DNA of 64,000 nt, taken from assembly GCA_045649325.1 (NCBI GenBank), contig JAZRPQ010000009.1:12779-76778 (forward strand), given 5' to 3'. This document shows positions 29,318 through 39,062 of this stretch, piece after piece. Both the position numbers and the translations under genes were made by a program. The number at the start of each line of letters is the position of its first letter. Position 1 is the first letter of the stretch. The notes under the pieces were generated by a model. It did no database searches, was not told the DNA's origin, and saw only the letters and a program-made list of their open reading frames with translations. The DNA is from Candidatus Nanosyncoccus sp. GTDB lineage: Bacteria > Patescibacteriota > Saccharimonadia > Saccharimonadales > Saccharimonadaceae.

Positions 29318-32300
29318 CTATTCGCTTCTCAGTGCTTCTACTGGGTCTTTCTTTGAGGCAGCTCTCGCCGGGATTAACCCACCAATCAGAGTCAAAACAA
29401 TAGAGAGTAAAATCAGAATCACCGCGGCATTCGGATAAAGTTGCGCCGAGAGCGGAATATCGCCCGTGAAATGGTGCAAAACCAAATTGATTAAAGGAAT
29501 CACTAAATACGAAAAGGAAATTCCAAAGAGCCCGGACAAAAGTCCCACAATAAAAGTTTCCGCATTAAAGATACTCGAAATGTTGTGTTTCGAAGCCCCA
29601 ATCGCTCTAAGGATCCCAATTTCTTTCGTTCTCTCATAGACCGAAATATAGGTGATCACCCCAATCATAATCGACGAGACTACGAGTGAAATCGAGACAA
29701 AGGCGATCAAAACATAAGAAACTGCATCCACGATTACCTTGACCGATCCCATCAGAATCCCCGTCGTATCCGTATATTCTATTACTTTGTCATTTTGTCC
29801 GTATGATTCCATCAGCACATTGTAGTTATCTACAAACTCCATAAACTTCGTCTTAGAATCAAACGAATTAAAATAGAACGAAATTCTAAACGGATCGTCC
29901 AAATCTTGATATCCCATCAAGGCCAGGTTCGTGCTAAGCGTCGCCTCAGACTTATCGAACATTGCCGAAACCACTCTCGAAAGTTCCTCTTCAGAAAAGT
30001 TTAGTTTAAATGCCGAGAGTAGCGCCTCTTGATCCAAAGAGAACGCGTTAGCAAAGCTAGTAGAAAGATACTGCGTCAGTCCTCCTACTGCCGTTAAGAT
30101 CTCCGATTTCATTACAATTTCGGTGACCGTGATTGAAAACGCCTTGATGGTTTGGTCAACTATTTCTTCGTCTCCAGACAAAGAATATCCCACCATCCCC
30201 TTGAAAAACAGCGCAAATTGTTCATTAGAAATCAGATATTTTTCTGTAAATTCAGAGAAATCTTGTTCCGCCATAAACTCGTCTAGAAGTTCTGCGGTTT
30301 TTTCTGGTGTCAAATCTGCTGGCGCAATTTCTCCTGACATGATTTTGCCCTGCAAATACAGCTCAAACCCTCTCACCAGTGCATCTTTTTTGTTGGTCAA
30401 ATCCGTCTGTACCGGCGAAATATCCGCCGTAATATCATCCGAAATTTTTGTCATATATTCAGAAGTTTTTGCTGTGATCGCATTTTGATTGATCGTCGTC
30501 TTAAAAGCCGAAGAAATCTTACTCTCGTCAATCGAAACCAAATCGGAAAATTCAAAATTAAAGTTGTTCTTTTTCTCGCCAAATTTGGTATTAGAAAAGA
30601 CGTCAATTGTAGGATTTTGCAGTTGTCTTTGCACAATCTCGCTGTGTTCAGATTTTTCGATGATATGGGTGACTAAAGACGGCAAATATAGAATTCCGCT
30701 GCCCATACCAAAGTTAGAATCAGGTGTTACGATGCCGACAATTTTTAGTTCTTCAGACTTAGTATCGTAGATATTCTGCATATAGGCGGTGTCATCAGAC
30801 ATATCTTCATAGACTTCATATTTTTCGTTGTATTTGTATATGTCAGCAGGCAAAATCAATCTTAGTTTAGCATTCATGATATCATCATATTCAAGCGTCA
30901 GCGGTTCTTCGGACAAATCAACGTATTCTCCACCCATTATTTTGGTGATGGAATTACTGATTTTGTCAGTATCATGAAAACCCAGCGAATAAGTCAAAAA
31001 ATCCGAAATCCTCGTCGGATCAGACAAAAACACCACCATTTCGTTGTATTTTTCTGGGTATCTACCAGCCACCAATTTCATGTCGTCTCGGATATTTTCT
31101 GGGGCATATTGCACAAATGCCGAGGTGAGGTTGGAATAAGAATTCATCAAAGAGTTAGACCCGAGTACCGTTTCAAACAAACTGTTAGGGTTCAATTTTG
31201 CTAGCTCGTTAGTCGCGTCAATCGTATAAATTATTGGGTCGATATTGTATTCGTATTCAATCAAACGTATGTCATCTTCGACCTCATCATAATGATTATC
31301 TAGATAGGTCCGGAAACTTTTTAGGTCGTTCTTCGTCACACTGCCGAGCGTAGAAGACATCACTGGATCCTCATGTAGTTTGCCATCATCTGGTGCCGGT
31401 CCCCCGCCACCAGTTAAGCTAAGCAGCATACCAGCAATATTGGTCGACTCTTTTTGTAGTGACAAAGGATAGGACGTCAAAGTGTCTTGTTCGATTTTAT
31501 CAATATAAGATTGAAACCCAGTCGAAACCGCCAAAATCAGCGCAATCCCGATAATCCCAATCGATCCCGCCGCCGCCACCAGTATAGTACGAGCTTTTTT
31601 GGTCAGAAGATTGTTGAACGACAAAGACAGTGCCGTAAAAAACGACATTTTAGTCTTGTGCTGTTTCTTTGCCACGGCTTCTTCGTCTAGCGTAGTATTG
31701 GCTTTTCCATCGTAAATATTCGAATCAGAAGTTATCTCGCCGTCTTTCAAAGTGATAATCCTAGTAGCATACTTTCTAGCGAGCTCAGGGTTGTGTGTCA
31801 CCATGATTACAAGCCGAGTTTTAGAAATCTTTTTCAAAATTTCCATCACTTGGAGGCTAGTGTCAGAATCTAGAGCACCAGTTGGCTCGTCCGCAAGTAG
31901 AATATCCGGATTGTTCACTAGAGCTCTAGCGATCGCCACACGTTGCATCTGTCCACCCGAAAGTTGTGCCGGACGCTTATTGATATGCTCGATAAGTCCT
32001 ACTTCTTCTAGAGCTTTTTTGGCTCTCCTTACTGCCTCGGTTTTAGAAATCCCCGAAAGTGTCAAAGCTAGCTTTACGTTATTCAGAATCGTCTGATGCG
32101 AAATCAAATTGTAACTTTGGAACACAAAACCGATCCGGTGGTTGCGGTAGGCGTCCCAATCTTTATCTTTAAAATCCTTGGTCGAAATCTCATTGATAGA
32201 AAGGTCCCCAGCATCATAATTGTCTAGCCCGCCGATGATATTTAGGAGGGTAGTTTTGCCAGACCCGGATGGCCCCAAAATCGCCGCAAATTCTGATTCA

Positions 32301-32386
32301 CGAAAATTCAGCGAAACGGACTTTAAAACTTTTTGTTTTTTGCCCGCCGTGTCATAGACTTTAGATACGCCTCTAAGTTCTAACAT
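29318..32386 (-). CDS. Fused ABC transporter: ATPase plus MacB/FtsX-type permease with a very large extracytoplasmic domain
   Basis: Walker A GPSGSGKTT, signature LSGGQMQRVAIARAL, Walker B ILLADEPTGALD. One TM helix, an ~600-aa external region, and a C-terminal FtsX-like 3-TM bundle. 1022 aa. Confidence 0.85.
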   Translation of the reverse strand: MLELRGVSKVYDTAGKKQKVLKSVSLNFRESEFAAILGPSGSGKTTLLNIIGGLDNYDAGDLSINEISTKDFKDKDWDAYRNHRIGFVFQSYNLISHQTILNNVKLALTLSGISKTEAVRRAKKALEEVGLIEHINKRPAQLSGGQMQRVAIARALVNNPDILLADEPTGALDSDTSLQVMEILKKISKTRLVIMVTHNPELARKYATRIITLKDGEITSDSNIYDGKANTTLDEEAVAKKQHKTKMSFFTALSLSFNNLLTKKARTILVAAAGSIGIIGIALILAVSTGFQSYIDKIEQDTLTSYPLSLQKESTNIAGMLLSLTGGGGPAPDDGKLHEDPVMSSTLGSVTKNDLKSFRTYLDNHYDEVEDDIRLIEYEYNIDPIIYTIDATNELAKLNPNSLFETVLGSNSLMNSYSNLTSAFVQYAPENIRDDMKLVAGRYPEKYNEMVVFLSDPTRISDFLTYSLGFHDTDKISNSITKIMGGEYVDLSEEPLTLEYDDIMNAKLRLILPADIYKYNEKYEVYEDMSDDTAYMQNIYDTKSEELKIVGIVTPDSNFGMGSGILYLPSLVTHIIEKSEHSEIVQRQLQNPTIDVFSNTKFGEKKNNFNFEFSDLVSIDESKISSAFKTTINQNAITAKTSEYMTKISDDITADISPVQTDLTNKKDALVRGFELYLQGKIMSGEIAPADLTPEKTAELLDEFMAEQDFSEFTEKYLISNEQFALFFKGMVGYSLSGDEEIVDQTIKAFSITVTEIVMKSEILTAVGGLTQYLSTSFANAFSLDQEALLSAFKLNFSEEELSRVVSAMFDKSEATLSTNLALMGYQDLDDPFRISFYFNSFDSKTKFMEFVDNYNVLMESYGQNDKVIEYTDTTGILMGSVKVIVDAVSYVLIAFVSISLVVSSIMIGVITYISVYERTKEIGILRAIGASKHNISSIFNAETFIVGLLSGLFGISFSYLVIPLINLVLHHFTGDIPLSAQLYPNAAVILILLSIVLTLIGGLIPARAASKKDPVEALRSE

Positions 32387-32404
32387 TATTTCTATTATAC
32401 CACA

Positions 32405-33349
32405 CTAAAAGGCCAAAATAAATGTGGTATTTTTGGCTGATTTTGCGGTTAGCTTCCAATGGTTTTTCTCTGCTACTGATTTTGCAATGGCGAGCCCCAG
32501 TCCTACTCCGTCTTTGCTTTTGTCAACCTGATAAAATCTATCAAAGATATGCGGTAATTTGTCAGAAGAAATTTTAGCTCCGTCGTTGGAAACTTCTAAA
32601 CTATGGTCAGTGAGTTTTACCGTGATGTTTTTCTTGGAATATTTTATTGCGTTGTCGAGGAGAATCGAGAAAATTTGCTCAAAATCCTCCGCCGAGATTT
32701 TTGTTGTTATCCCCGTTTCGATTTGCCTAGCCAAATTCTTTTTAGAAAGTCTTGACTCAAACCTATCTATCACTTTCAAAACCAGCTCAGAAAGATTGGT
32801 CTTAGCTGGTTCTTTTTCGGCCATCAAATCCGTTCGCGCAAGAGCGAGCAACTCGTTATTTAGGCTAGTTAATTTGTCAGTTTCGATCACTACGTTATCA
32901 ATCCACTTATTGCCATGAATGTCAGCCGCCTCGAGATTCGCCGAAATCGAAGCAAGTGGTGTCTTAATCTCGTGTGAAGCGTTGGCGATGAAGATTTTTT
33001 GTGCTTCGTAAGCCTCTTTTACTGGTTTGATTGCCTCTTCGGCCAGAAAATATGATACCAGCACTACTGCAATTTCGATCGCCGTGCCCGACAGGACTAA
33101 GGTAAGTAGCAAATTGCTTGCAGCATTTTGCTTTTCTTCGCGTACGGAATTCATCACCATTTCTTTTACTTCGTCCGGCACCAAATCCGTCGGCATTTCG
33201 CCCCCGCCCATGTCTTCGCGAATGTAAAGCGGGCGATTCTCGGCTGATTTAGTAGAAATAAGATAAATCATCGCAAATACCGCCACTACAATAAAAGTAG
33301 TGATAGAGAAATTGATAAAAATTAAACGATTTCGAAGTTTCTTAAACAT
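32405..33349 (-). CDS. Sensor histidine kinase (two TM helices, short extracytoplasmic loop)
   Basis: H-box SHEIKTPLASI, N-box LLDNAIKYS, G-box DGVGLGLAIAK. Confidence 0.88.
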   Translation of the reverse strand: MFKKLRNRLIFINFSITTFIVVAVFAMIYLISTKSAENRPLYIREDMGGGEMPTDLVPDEVKEMVMNSVREEKQNAASNLLLTLVLSGTAIEIAVVLVSYFLAEEAIKPVKEAYEAQKIFIANASHEIKTPLASISANLEAADIHGNKWIDNVVIETDKLTSLNNELLALARTDLMAEKEPAKTNLSELVLKVIDRFESRLSKKNLARQIETGITTKISAEDFEQIFSILLDNAIKYSKKNITVKLTDHSLEVSNDGAKISSDKLPHIFDRFYQVDKSKDGVGLGLAIAKSVAEKNHWKLTAKSAKNTTFILAF

Positions 33350-33353
33350 ACTT

Positions 33354-34010
33354 TTACCTCACTAATTTATACCCAAGATTTCGGATAGTTTTGATTTCGA
33401 CTTTTGATTTTAGAGCTTTTAGTTTTTTCCTCAGATAACTCATATATACCTCCACGTAATTCTCATCATGCCCCGAATCATCTCCCCATACATGTGCTAA
33501 AATTTGTTCTTTCGAAACTGCCTGCTCAGGATTTTTGATCAACATGAGCAGGATTTCGCCTTCTTTGTCGGTCAGTGGCTCGCCATTGAGAGTTCGATTG
33601 TTAAGATCATATTTCAAATCTTCAAACTCCAAAACTTCCGCTTCCGCCATTGGCGGCCGACGTGTAACGGCGTTAATTCTCGCAATTAGCTCTGCTGTCT
33701 TAAACGGCTTTGCTAGGTAATCATCTGCACCCCTTTCTAGACCTTTGATTTTGTCTTCTACTTCGTTAAGCGCAGAAAGCATGATTACTGGAGTTTGCAC
33801 TCCCCTCTTTCTGATCGTCTCCAAAATTTGAAGACCCGAAAGTGAAGGCAGCATGATATCTAGTACGACACAGTCGTAATTTGGCTTCAGAGCAAGTTTC
33901 AACCCTTCTTCTCCATCGTGGGTCCAGTCTACGGCGATTTTATTGTTCTTTAGGATATGTATCACCGCTTCGGCCAAAAATTCTTCGTCTTCTACATATA
34001 GTATTCTCAT
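33354..34010 (-). CDS. OmpR/PhoB-family response regulator
   Basis: Receiver domain (ILYVEDEE...DCVVLDIMLP...KPF) plus winged-helix domain (LTDKEGEILLML...IKTIRNLGYKL). Confidence 0.9.
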   Translation of the reverse strand: MRILYVEDEEFLAEAVIHILKNNKIAVDWTHDGEEGLKLALKPNYDCVVLDIMLPSLSGLQILETIRKRGVQTPVIMLSALNEVEDKIKGLERGADDYLAKPFKTAELIARINAVTRRPPMAEAEVLEFEDLKYDLNNRTLNGEPLTDKEGEILLMLIKNPEQAVSKEQILAHVWGDDSGHDENYVEVYMSYLRKKLKALKSKVEIKTIRNLGYKLVR

Positions 34011-34011
34011 T

Positions 34012-35511
34012 TTACCTCCTTTGTCCTGGGCTCATTTGCCCCTGATTATTTTGTTCTGGCCCTGGCTGGGTCTGGCCAGGCTGTCCTTGCCCATTCTGGC
34101 CGCCGCCCATATTTTGGAAACCACCATTCCCTACTGTTGTAGTGACGCCAGAAACTGTAAAGGTTTCATATGGGGAATCGTTTATATAAATAGTATAGGT
34201 TTCCCCACTCTCAAGCGCACTTGCCCCAGCAGCTAGATGGTTAAAAGTCTTAGCCGAAGTATGTGAAAGCACTGTTTCGCTAGCAGAATTTTTGATTTCA
34301 ATTTTTGTGCCAGCAGACAAAGCCGAAGCAAAGTATACGCTGATATTATATACCGAAGAAGATGAACCAAGCGTTTCTGCCATTCCGCTCGCTCCGACTG
34401 CTATTACTGTGCCGCCATTTATTGTAATCCCCGCTCCTGCATCCAGTGCGCCATTGCCATTATTGGCCGGGCCATCTACGACCACCGTGCCACCATTAAA
34501 GTACAAATACCCGTTCGAATCTATCCCGTCTCCCGCGGCATTAATATATATATTGCCACCGGCAATCACGATCTTACAATTCTCGTCCGCAGCCATCGGG
34601 TCCTTGGACGACGAATCCGCTCCACCACCAGCATTAATCCCATCGTCATTTGCCACAATCGAAATTGTACCGTCGTTAATAGAAATTCTTTGTGCCTCAA
34701 GCCCCTCGTAAGATTTGGCAATATCAATCGTCCCGCCGTCAATGATTAGGGCTTGGTATGCTGTAATTCCATCATCGCCAGCACTAATTTTGACATCGCC
34801 ATTCTCGATAAGGATAAATCCCTTGGTCGAGTCGGTTTCGTTGGTAGATTTGATCCCGTCAGCCGAGGCGATAATCTCAAAAGTCCCATTTTCAATATGA
34901 ACAGAATCTTTGCCGCGCACCGCGTCGTCTGCGGCTGTGATATTGTACCTACCAGAGCGGAAAGTCAAATCATCTTTCGAAACAATCCCGTCTGCGTGAT
35001 TAGCCTTTAGAGTCAGCGTCCCGTCGCCAGTAAAAGACAAATCCGACTTAGAATAAATTGCTCCGGTCACGTCTTCGTCCCAGCTGGAATTATATTTAGT
35101 GCCATCCTCAAGATAATTTTCGCCCTGGAGCTTAATCACTACGTCGTTAGCCATAAAACAGGCAATCGCCGGCCCAGAAGAGTTCTTGATCGTGACTCCA
35201 TTTAAGACTATCTGTACTACTGCTTCGGAGTTTGCATTTATGATGATGGCGCCATCATCCAGAGTCCCGCTAAAATAGTAAGTTCCAGATGTCGTAATGG
35301 TATAAGTCTCGCTAAGTTCCACATTGTAAGACGGATATCGGCTCCAGTCTATTTTCAAATCACCATTGTCTATATTGAAAGAGCTAGAACTACCGCTGAT
35401 GATAGTGCTATTTTGGTTATAATTTAGGTTGATTGCTACGCCGAGTCCTATCATCAGCCCGACTAGCACCACCCCCGAAGCCACCCACTTCCAGTTATTA
35501 TCTTTTTCCAT
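34012..35511 (-). CDS. Cthe_2159-type carbohydrate-binding beta-helix protein, N-terminally membrane-anchored
   Basis: N-terminal TM helix, repeated DGI/DGT-containing beta-helix turns (ADGIVSKDD, ADGIKST, DDGITAY, DDGINAGGG, GDGIDSNG), and a G/Q/P-rich tail. Confidence 0.7.
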   Translation of the reverse strand: MEKDNNWKWVASGVVLVGLMIGLGVAINLNYNQNSTIISGSSSSFNIDNGDLKIDWSRYPSYNVELSETYTITTSGTYYFSGTLDDGAIIINANSEAVVQIVLNGVTIKNSSGPAIACFMANDVVIKLQGENYLEDGTKYNSSWDEDVTGAIYSKSDLSFTGDGTLTLKANHADGIVSKDDLTFRSGRYNITAADDAVRGKDSVHIENGTFEIIASADGIKSTNETDSTKGFILIENGDVKISAGDDGITAYQALIIDGGTIDIAKSYEGLEAQRISINDGTISIVANDDGINAGGGADSSSKDPMAADENCKIVIAGGNIYINAAGDGIDSNGYLYFNGGTVVVDGPANNGNGALDAGAGITINGGTVIAVGASGMAETLGSSSSVYNISVYFASALSAGTKIEIKNSASETVLSHTSAKTFNHLAAGASALESGETYTIYINDSPYETFTVSGVTTTVGNGGFQNMGGGQNGQGQPGQTQPGPEQNNQGQMSPGQRR

Positions 35512-35522
35512 TGGTCTCCTTT

Positions 35523-36197
35523 CTAAAGCTCTTCCTCTTGCACTGGCTGACTGAGAGAAACTTTAAGATTACAGTTCTTTACCCGGATTGCGTCCAGCAT
35601 TTCCTTTTCTTTGATGCCGCTTTTTAAGCGTACGTTGTAAGTCAAATCATATAGGCTACCCATGTTTACAGTCTTAGCCGTCACAAGATCCACGCGCGAA
35701 AGATATTTTTTGAAAATATCATCAAAAACTTCTGTATAATCCATGTCTTCTGGCACTACGATTTTTAATACTTTTTCTTTGCGGCTCGGCTCGAGTACTG
35801 GAGACAAGGCAAAGAAAGCCATCGCTATAACCCCAATCGCCGTCATCACTGCGCCAAACAGCACGTGTCCCATCCCACAAGAAAGCCCAATCATCATTGC
35901 AAAGAAAATCGAAAGTAGGTTTCTAGCGTTTCCTCGCATCGAACGAAAACGAATCAAAGAGAATGCTCCGAGAATCGCGATGGAAGTCCCTAGATTTCCG
36001 TTTATCATCACCATTACGGCCATCACGAGAAGCGGCAAAATCGTGAGGGTGACGAGAAACCCTTTGGTGGTATTATTTACTGTAAAACGATGTGCTATGG
36101 CAAGTACTAGCCCCATCAAAAGCGCTGCGCCCGCCGCGATCAAAGCTGTCTGGATCTCCATTCCAGTTGTGCTTGTATCAAATATACTATTAAACAT
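35523..36197 (-). CDS. DUF4956 family membrane protein
   Basis: 3-4 TM N-terminal half (IRFRSMRGNARNL motif) plus a soluble C-terminal domain. Typical partner of bacterial VTC-domain proteins. Confidence 0.7.
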   Translation of the reverse strand: MFNSIFDTSTTGMEIQTALIAAGAALLMGLVLAIAHRFTVNNTTKGFLVTLTILPLLVMAVMVMINGNLGTSIAILGAFSLIRFRSMRGNARNLLSIFFAMMIGLSCGMGHVLFGAVMTAIGVIAMAFFALSPVLEPSRKEKVLKIVVPEDMDYTEVFDDIFKKYLSRVDLVTAKTVNMGSLYDLTYNVRLKSGIKEKEMLDAIRVKNCNLKVSLSQPVQEEEL

Positions 36198-36918
36198 TTT
36201 TTTCTCCTTTCTTTATTAATTCGTATATTTTTCCAATTTTCGAAAACTGTACCGGATAAGCCTGCTCTTTCGACAAAAGTTTTACCAGCCATAGCGGCAT
36301 TACTCCATGCGCTTTGACTTCCATAATGATATTTTTGTCGTCTTTAAAATATTTTTTGTCGCTAGATTTTTTGATGAAAGAAAGGTCCGTGTCGCGGTAA
36401 CTTAAATTCTCATCAAAAGTGATTCGAAGCCCATCAGAAGAAACATAACTCTCTCGATCATAATAAACCAAAATCCGTGGTTTCAAATCGAAATAGTTTA
36501 AGATATAGTCCACTTCCTTTGCGATTTGTAGATCGTTGTTAGTTTTTATCATTTGCTCTGCTAGCTCTAACGCGGTCTTTTTTCCGGCTACTAATTTTTG
36601 GTAATCTTTGTGGGTGATAAGAAATCTTCTTTTGTGCCCCACTCGATATTCTTTTTGCTTCATTTTGGTTTTGATTTCAAGGAAGACTTTGCCATAGCCC
36701 TCATAAGACCTGGCCCGCAGTTTTTCCTTGAAATCTGGATTGTCAATGGATTTGACAATGAGATCAAAATTGTCGGTGTCAAAATAGATATTCATCACTC
36801 CCGACTTAAAATACCCGTCCTTTTCCATATTCTTCTGGACTTCTTTTAAAATCTCCTTTTTCTGTTTCTTGGAGATTAGGTATTTCTTTTCGACTCTATC
36901 AAATACTTTGGTGTCCAT
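36190..36918 (-). CDS. VTC-domain (polyphosphate polymerase-like, triphosphate-tunnel fold) protein
   Basis: FDRVEKKYLI start, KLRARSY, FLEIKTK, LRITFDENL, IMEVKA strands typical of PF09359/CYTH-like tunnels. Start set at ATG 36918, 6 nt after a TATAAT box (the listed start 36933 is a TTG). Confidence 0.75.
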   Translation of the reverse strand: MDTKVFDRVEKKYLISKKQKKEILKEVQKNMEKDGYFKSGVMNIYFDTDNFDLIVKSIDNPDFKEKLRARSYEGYGKVFLEIKTKMKQKEYRVGHKRRFLITHKDYQKLVAGKKTALELAEQMIKTNNDLQIAKEVDYILNYFDLKPRILVYYDRESYVSSDGLRITFDENLSYRDTDLSFIKKSSDKKYFKDDKNIIMEVKAHGVMPLWLVKLLSKEQAYPVQFSKIGKIYELIKKGEKNV

Positions 36919-36983
36919 GCCTACATTATACAATGGAAACCTTAAAAAAATCTTGAAAAAAAGTATATCAAATCAGACTTTCC

Positions 36984-37907
36984 TTAAAATGAATAAAAGG
37001 CCTCTTCTAGCATTTTGGCGAAGTTTCTGATGTATTTGAAATCTACTTTATTAGACATCACTGTCACCACGAAATCTCGCGTCGTCCCGTCCTCCATCGG
37101 GAATTTGACGATTGCCGTATCGTGATAAATTTTCCAGTATTTTTCGTCTGGATCAAAATCCCAACCTACTTTATTGTAGGCAGTAGCTTTTGAAAACCCG
37201 CTTGGCAAACCTTGTCGCCAGTTGTAAGTTGTAGTAGGCTGATTCAAAAACGAGTCCCACATATTATTTAGTAGCGTCTCGTCGTTAAAGTCCGGATGAC
37301 GATAAAACCTCTTCATTATTGCCGAAATATCCGCTACGTTTGAAATGAGCCCTATGATATTTGAGTTGACAATCCCCCATTCCTCTTCAATAATTTTGGT
37401 TAAATTACTGCGGCCGATGAGTCCAAGCAAAACTTCCGCGCATTCAGAATTAGACTCCCTAATCGCAAGGTCTAAACATTCATTAACGGTATATCCTGTC
37501 GCGCCAGCTTTTTCTGCTCCGTCCCAATCACCATTATTGATACGCTTGTAGCCTTCATAAACTACAAACAATTTATAAAGAGATGCTGTATTATAATCAG
37601 CCTCTACGTTATAAGAGCCAACTACTTTGTCTAAATTCAAATCATAGATGTAAACGCTCTTAGTCCCTCCCACTGTCTTTACCCATTTATCTACCACCGG
37701 CTGAAAATCAACTTCGGTAACTAGAGGCTTTTCTTCTATAGCTACTTCTGGCTCTTCTGTGGACAAAGTTTCATTTTGGGTTTTTTCCGCATCATCGCCT
37801 CTAGTCCAAACCTTTAGCATACAAAAAGTGAACCCAGCAATCAAGGCTATACCACTCACAACAAAAGAAACTATAGAGATAGTCTTTTTGGCTTTAGAGG
37901 TGACCAT
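36984..37907 (-). CDS. Membrane-anchored serine hydrolase (class A beta-lactamase/transpeptidase-like)
   Basis: N-terminal TM helix, SxxK motif (ASLYK), KxG motif (NKVGW). Confidence 0.5.
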   Translation of the reverse strand: MVTSKAKKTISIVSFVVSGIALIAGFTFCMLKVWTRGDDAEKTQNETLSTEEPEVAIEEKPLVTEVDFQPVVDKWVKTVGGTKSVYIYDLNLDKVVGSYNVEADYNTASLYKLFVVYEGYKRINNGDWDGAEKAGATGYTVNECLDLAIRESNSECAEVLLGLIGRSNLTKIIEEEWGIVNSNIIGLISNVADISAIMKRFYRHPDFNDETLLNNMWDSFLNQPTTTYNWRQGLPSGFSKATAYNKVGWDFDPDEKYWKIYHDTAIVKFPMEDGTTRDFVVTVMSNKVDFKYIRNFAKMLEEAFYSF

Positions 37908-37979
37908 ATTTCTATTTTACCACAAATATGATATAATTACAGGCGAAGGGTGGAGTAGATTAATAAGGAGGTAAATTTT

Positions 37980-39020
37980 ATGAAGAGACATAAACTTCTT
38001 GAGCCAGTTATAAGAGACGGAAAAGAAATTGAGTTTGCTAGATACGTTGTAATTCATAAACAGCAGGTAGGGCCTACCAAAAGAGAGCTTTTTGATTTGC
38101 TAAAAGACGAGTTCTACGCCTCACACACATCCGTAGAAAAGTCCAAGTTGGACAAAATATGGGAGTTTATCGGTCCTAAGATCGAGGATAACGCCGGTAT
38201 GGCCGAGTTTACCAAAGACAACCAAGGTCATAAGTCCGATTACTTCTTTCCGTGGCTGATCAACGTTTTTCGTTCCCCGGCTACGGCACTCGAAATGTCT
38301 TATGGCGCCGGTTCAGACCTGAATGGCGATTGGTCCGAAGGTATTTTGAATACTAATGACCCACTTGTTCCTTTTATCAAGGATGATCCCGCATTCGTCT
38401 ATAATCGTGAGAGGCAGCTTTATGTCGCCGACCTAGCTAATTCGGTGCAAGATTTGACAAAGTCCCAAGCCAGAAAGGCCAAAATCGTTGACTTTGGTGC
38501 TGGGCGCTTAGCTTGGATTAGAAAGCATGGCTACATCTTGTCGGCCGAGCAGGCCAGTATTTATGCATTCGACAGAGACCCCTCGATCAAGCCAGAAGAA
38601 CTTTTTTCTAGTAATCTTGAAGACCTCGGGATATATTTCAAACACGGTAATTTTGCCGCACAGTTCAAAAATCCCGATTGCCAGAATGCGGATTTGATTA
38701 TTATGGCAGGACTAGCGTCGTATATTAAGGCAGCAGACTTTGTCGGCAAGATCATCCCAGCCATTTATGGGTTGTTGAATCCAGACGGAATATTCTTCTT
38801 TGACTTACAGCTCGATTGCCCGTGCTATCGGCACAGTATGGATATCCTGGATTGGCCAGAGTTTAAACTGCCGTCTAATATCGGAGATGCCATCCATGAT
38901 GTCGAAAAATCCCGCAGGATGCTTTGGGAAAAAGGTATCAAATTCAGTGCAGAATATCAGCCAGATACTTACAACACTATTCCATCCGGTGTGATGGTAA
39001 CGATGCAGAAAATCACCTAA
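37980..39020 (+). CDS. Class I SAM-dependent methyltransferase with an unrecognised ~170-aa N-terminal domain
   Basis: Motif I VDFGAGRLAW, post-I FDRD, motif IV-like LIIMAGLASY, LNPDGIFFFD. Strong SD TAAGGAGG. Confidence 0.55.
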   Translation: MKRHKLLEPVIRDGKEIEFARYVVIHKQQVGPTKRELFDLLKDEFYASHTSVEKSKLDKIWEFIGPKIEDNAGMAEFTKDNQGHKSDYFFPWLINVFRSPATALEMSYGAGSDLNGDWSEGILNTNDPLVPFIKDDPAFVYNRERQLYVADLANSVQDLTKSQARKAKIVDFGAGRLAWIRKHGYILSAEQASIYAFDRDPSIKPEELFSSNLEDLGIYFKHGNFAAQFKNPDCQNADLIIMAGLASYIKAADFVGKIIPAIYGLLNPDGIFFFDLQLDCPCYRHSMDILDWPEFKLPSNIGDAIHDVEKSRRMLWEKGIKFSAEYQPDTYNTIPSGVMVTMQKIT

Positions 39021-39037
39021 TTTACCACCTTTCAAGG

Positions 39038-39062
39038 ACCCGCCAACTTGGCGGGTTTTTAA
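39038..39062. terminator. Bidirectional terminator
   Basis: ACCCGCC-aactt-GGCGGGT followed by TTTTT, between convergent genes. Confidence 0.7.

Noticed and set aside
36934-39062. A distal copy of the tRNA-Gln 3' end that would mark the far boundary (attR) of a genomic island.
   Set aside because: I scanned the intergenic regions after the VTC operon (36934-36983, 37908-37979, 39021-39058) by eye and found no CCCTCATCCCCAGCCA-like sequence. An intact island with both att sites is therefore not supported.
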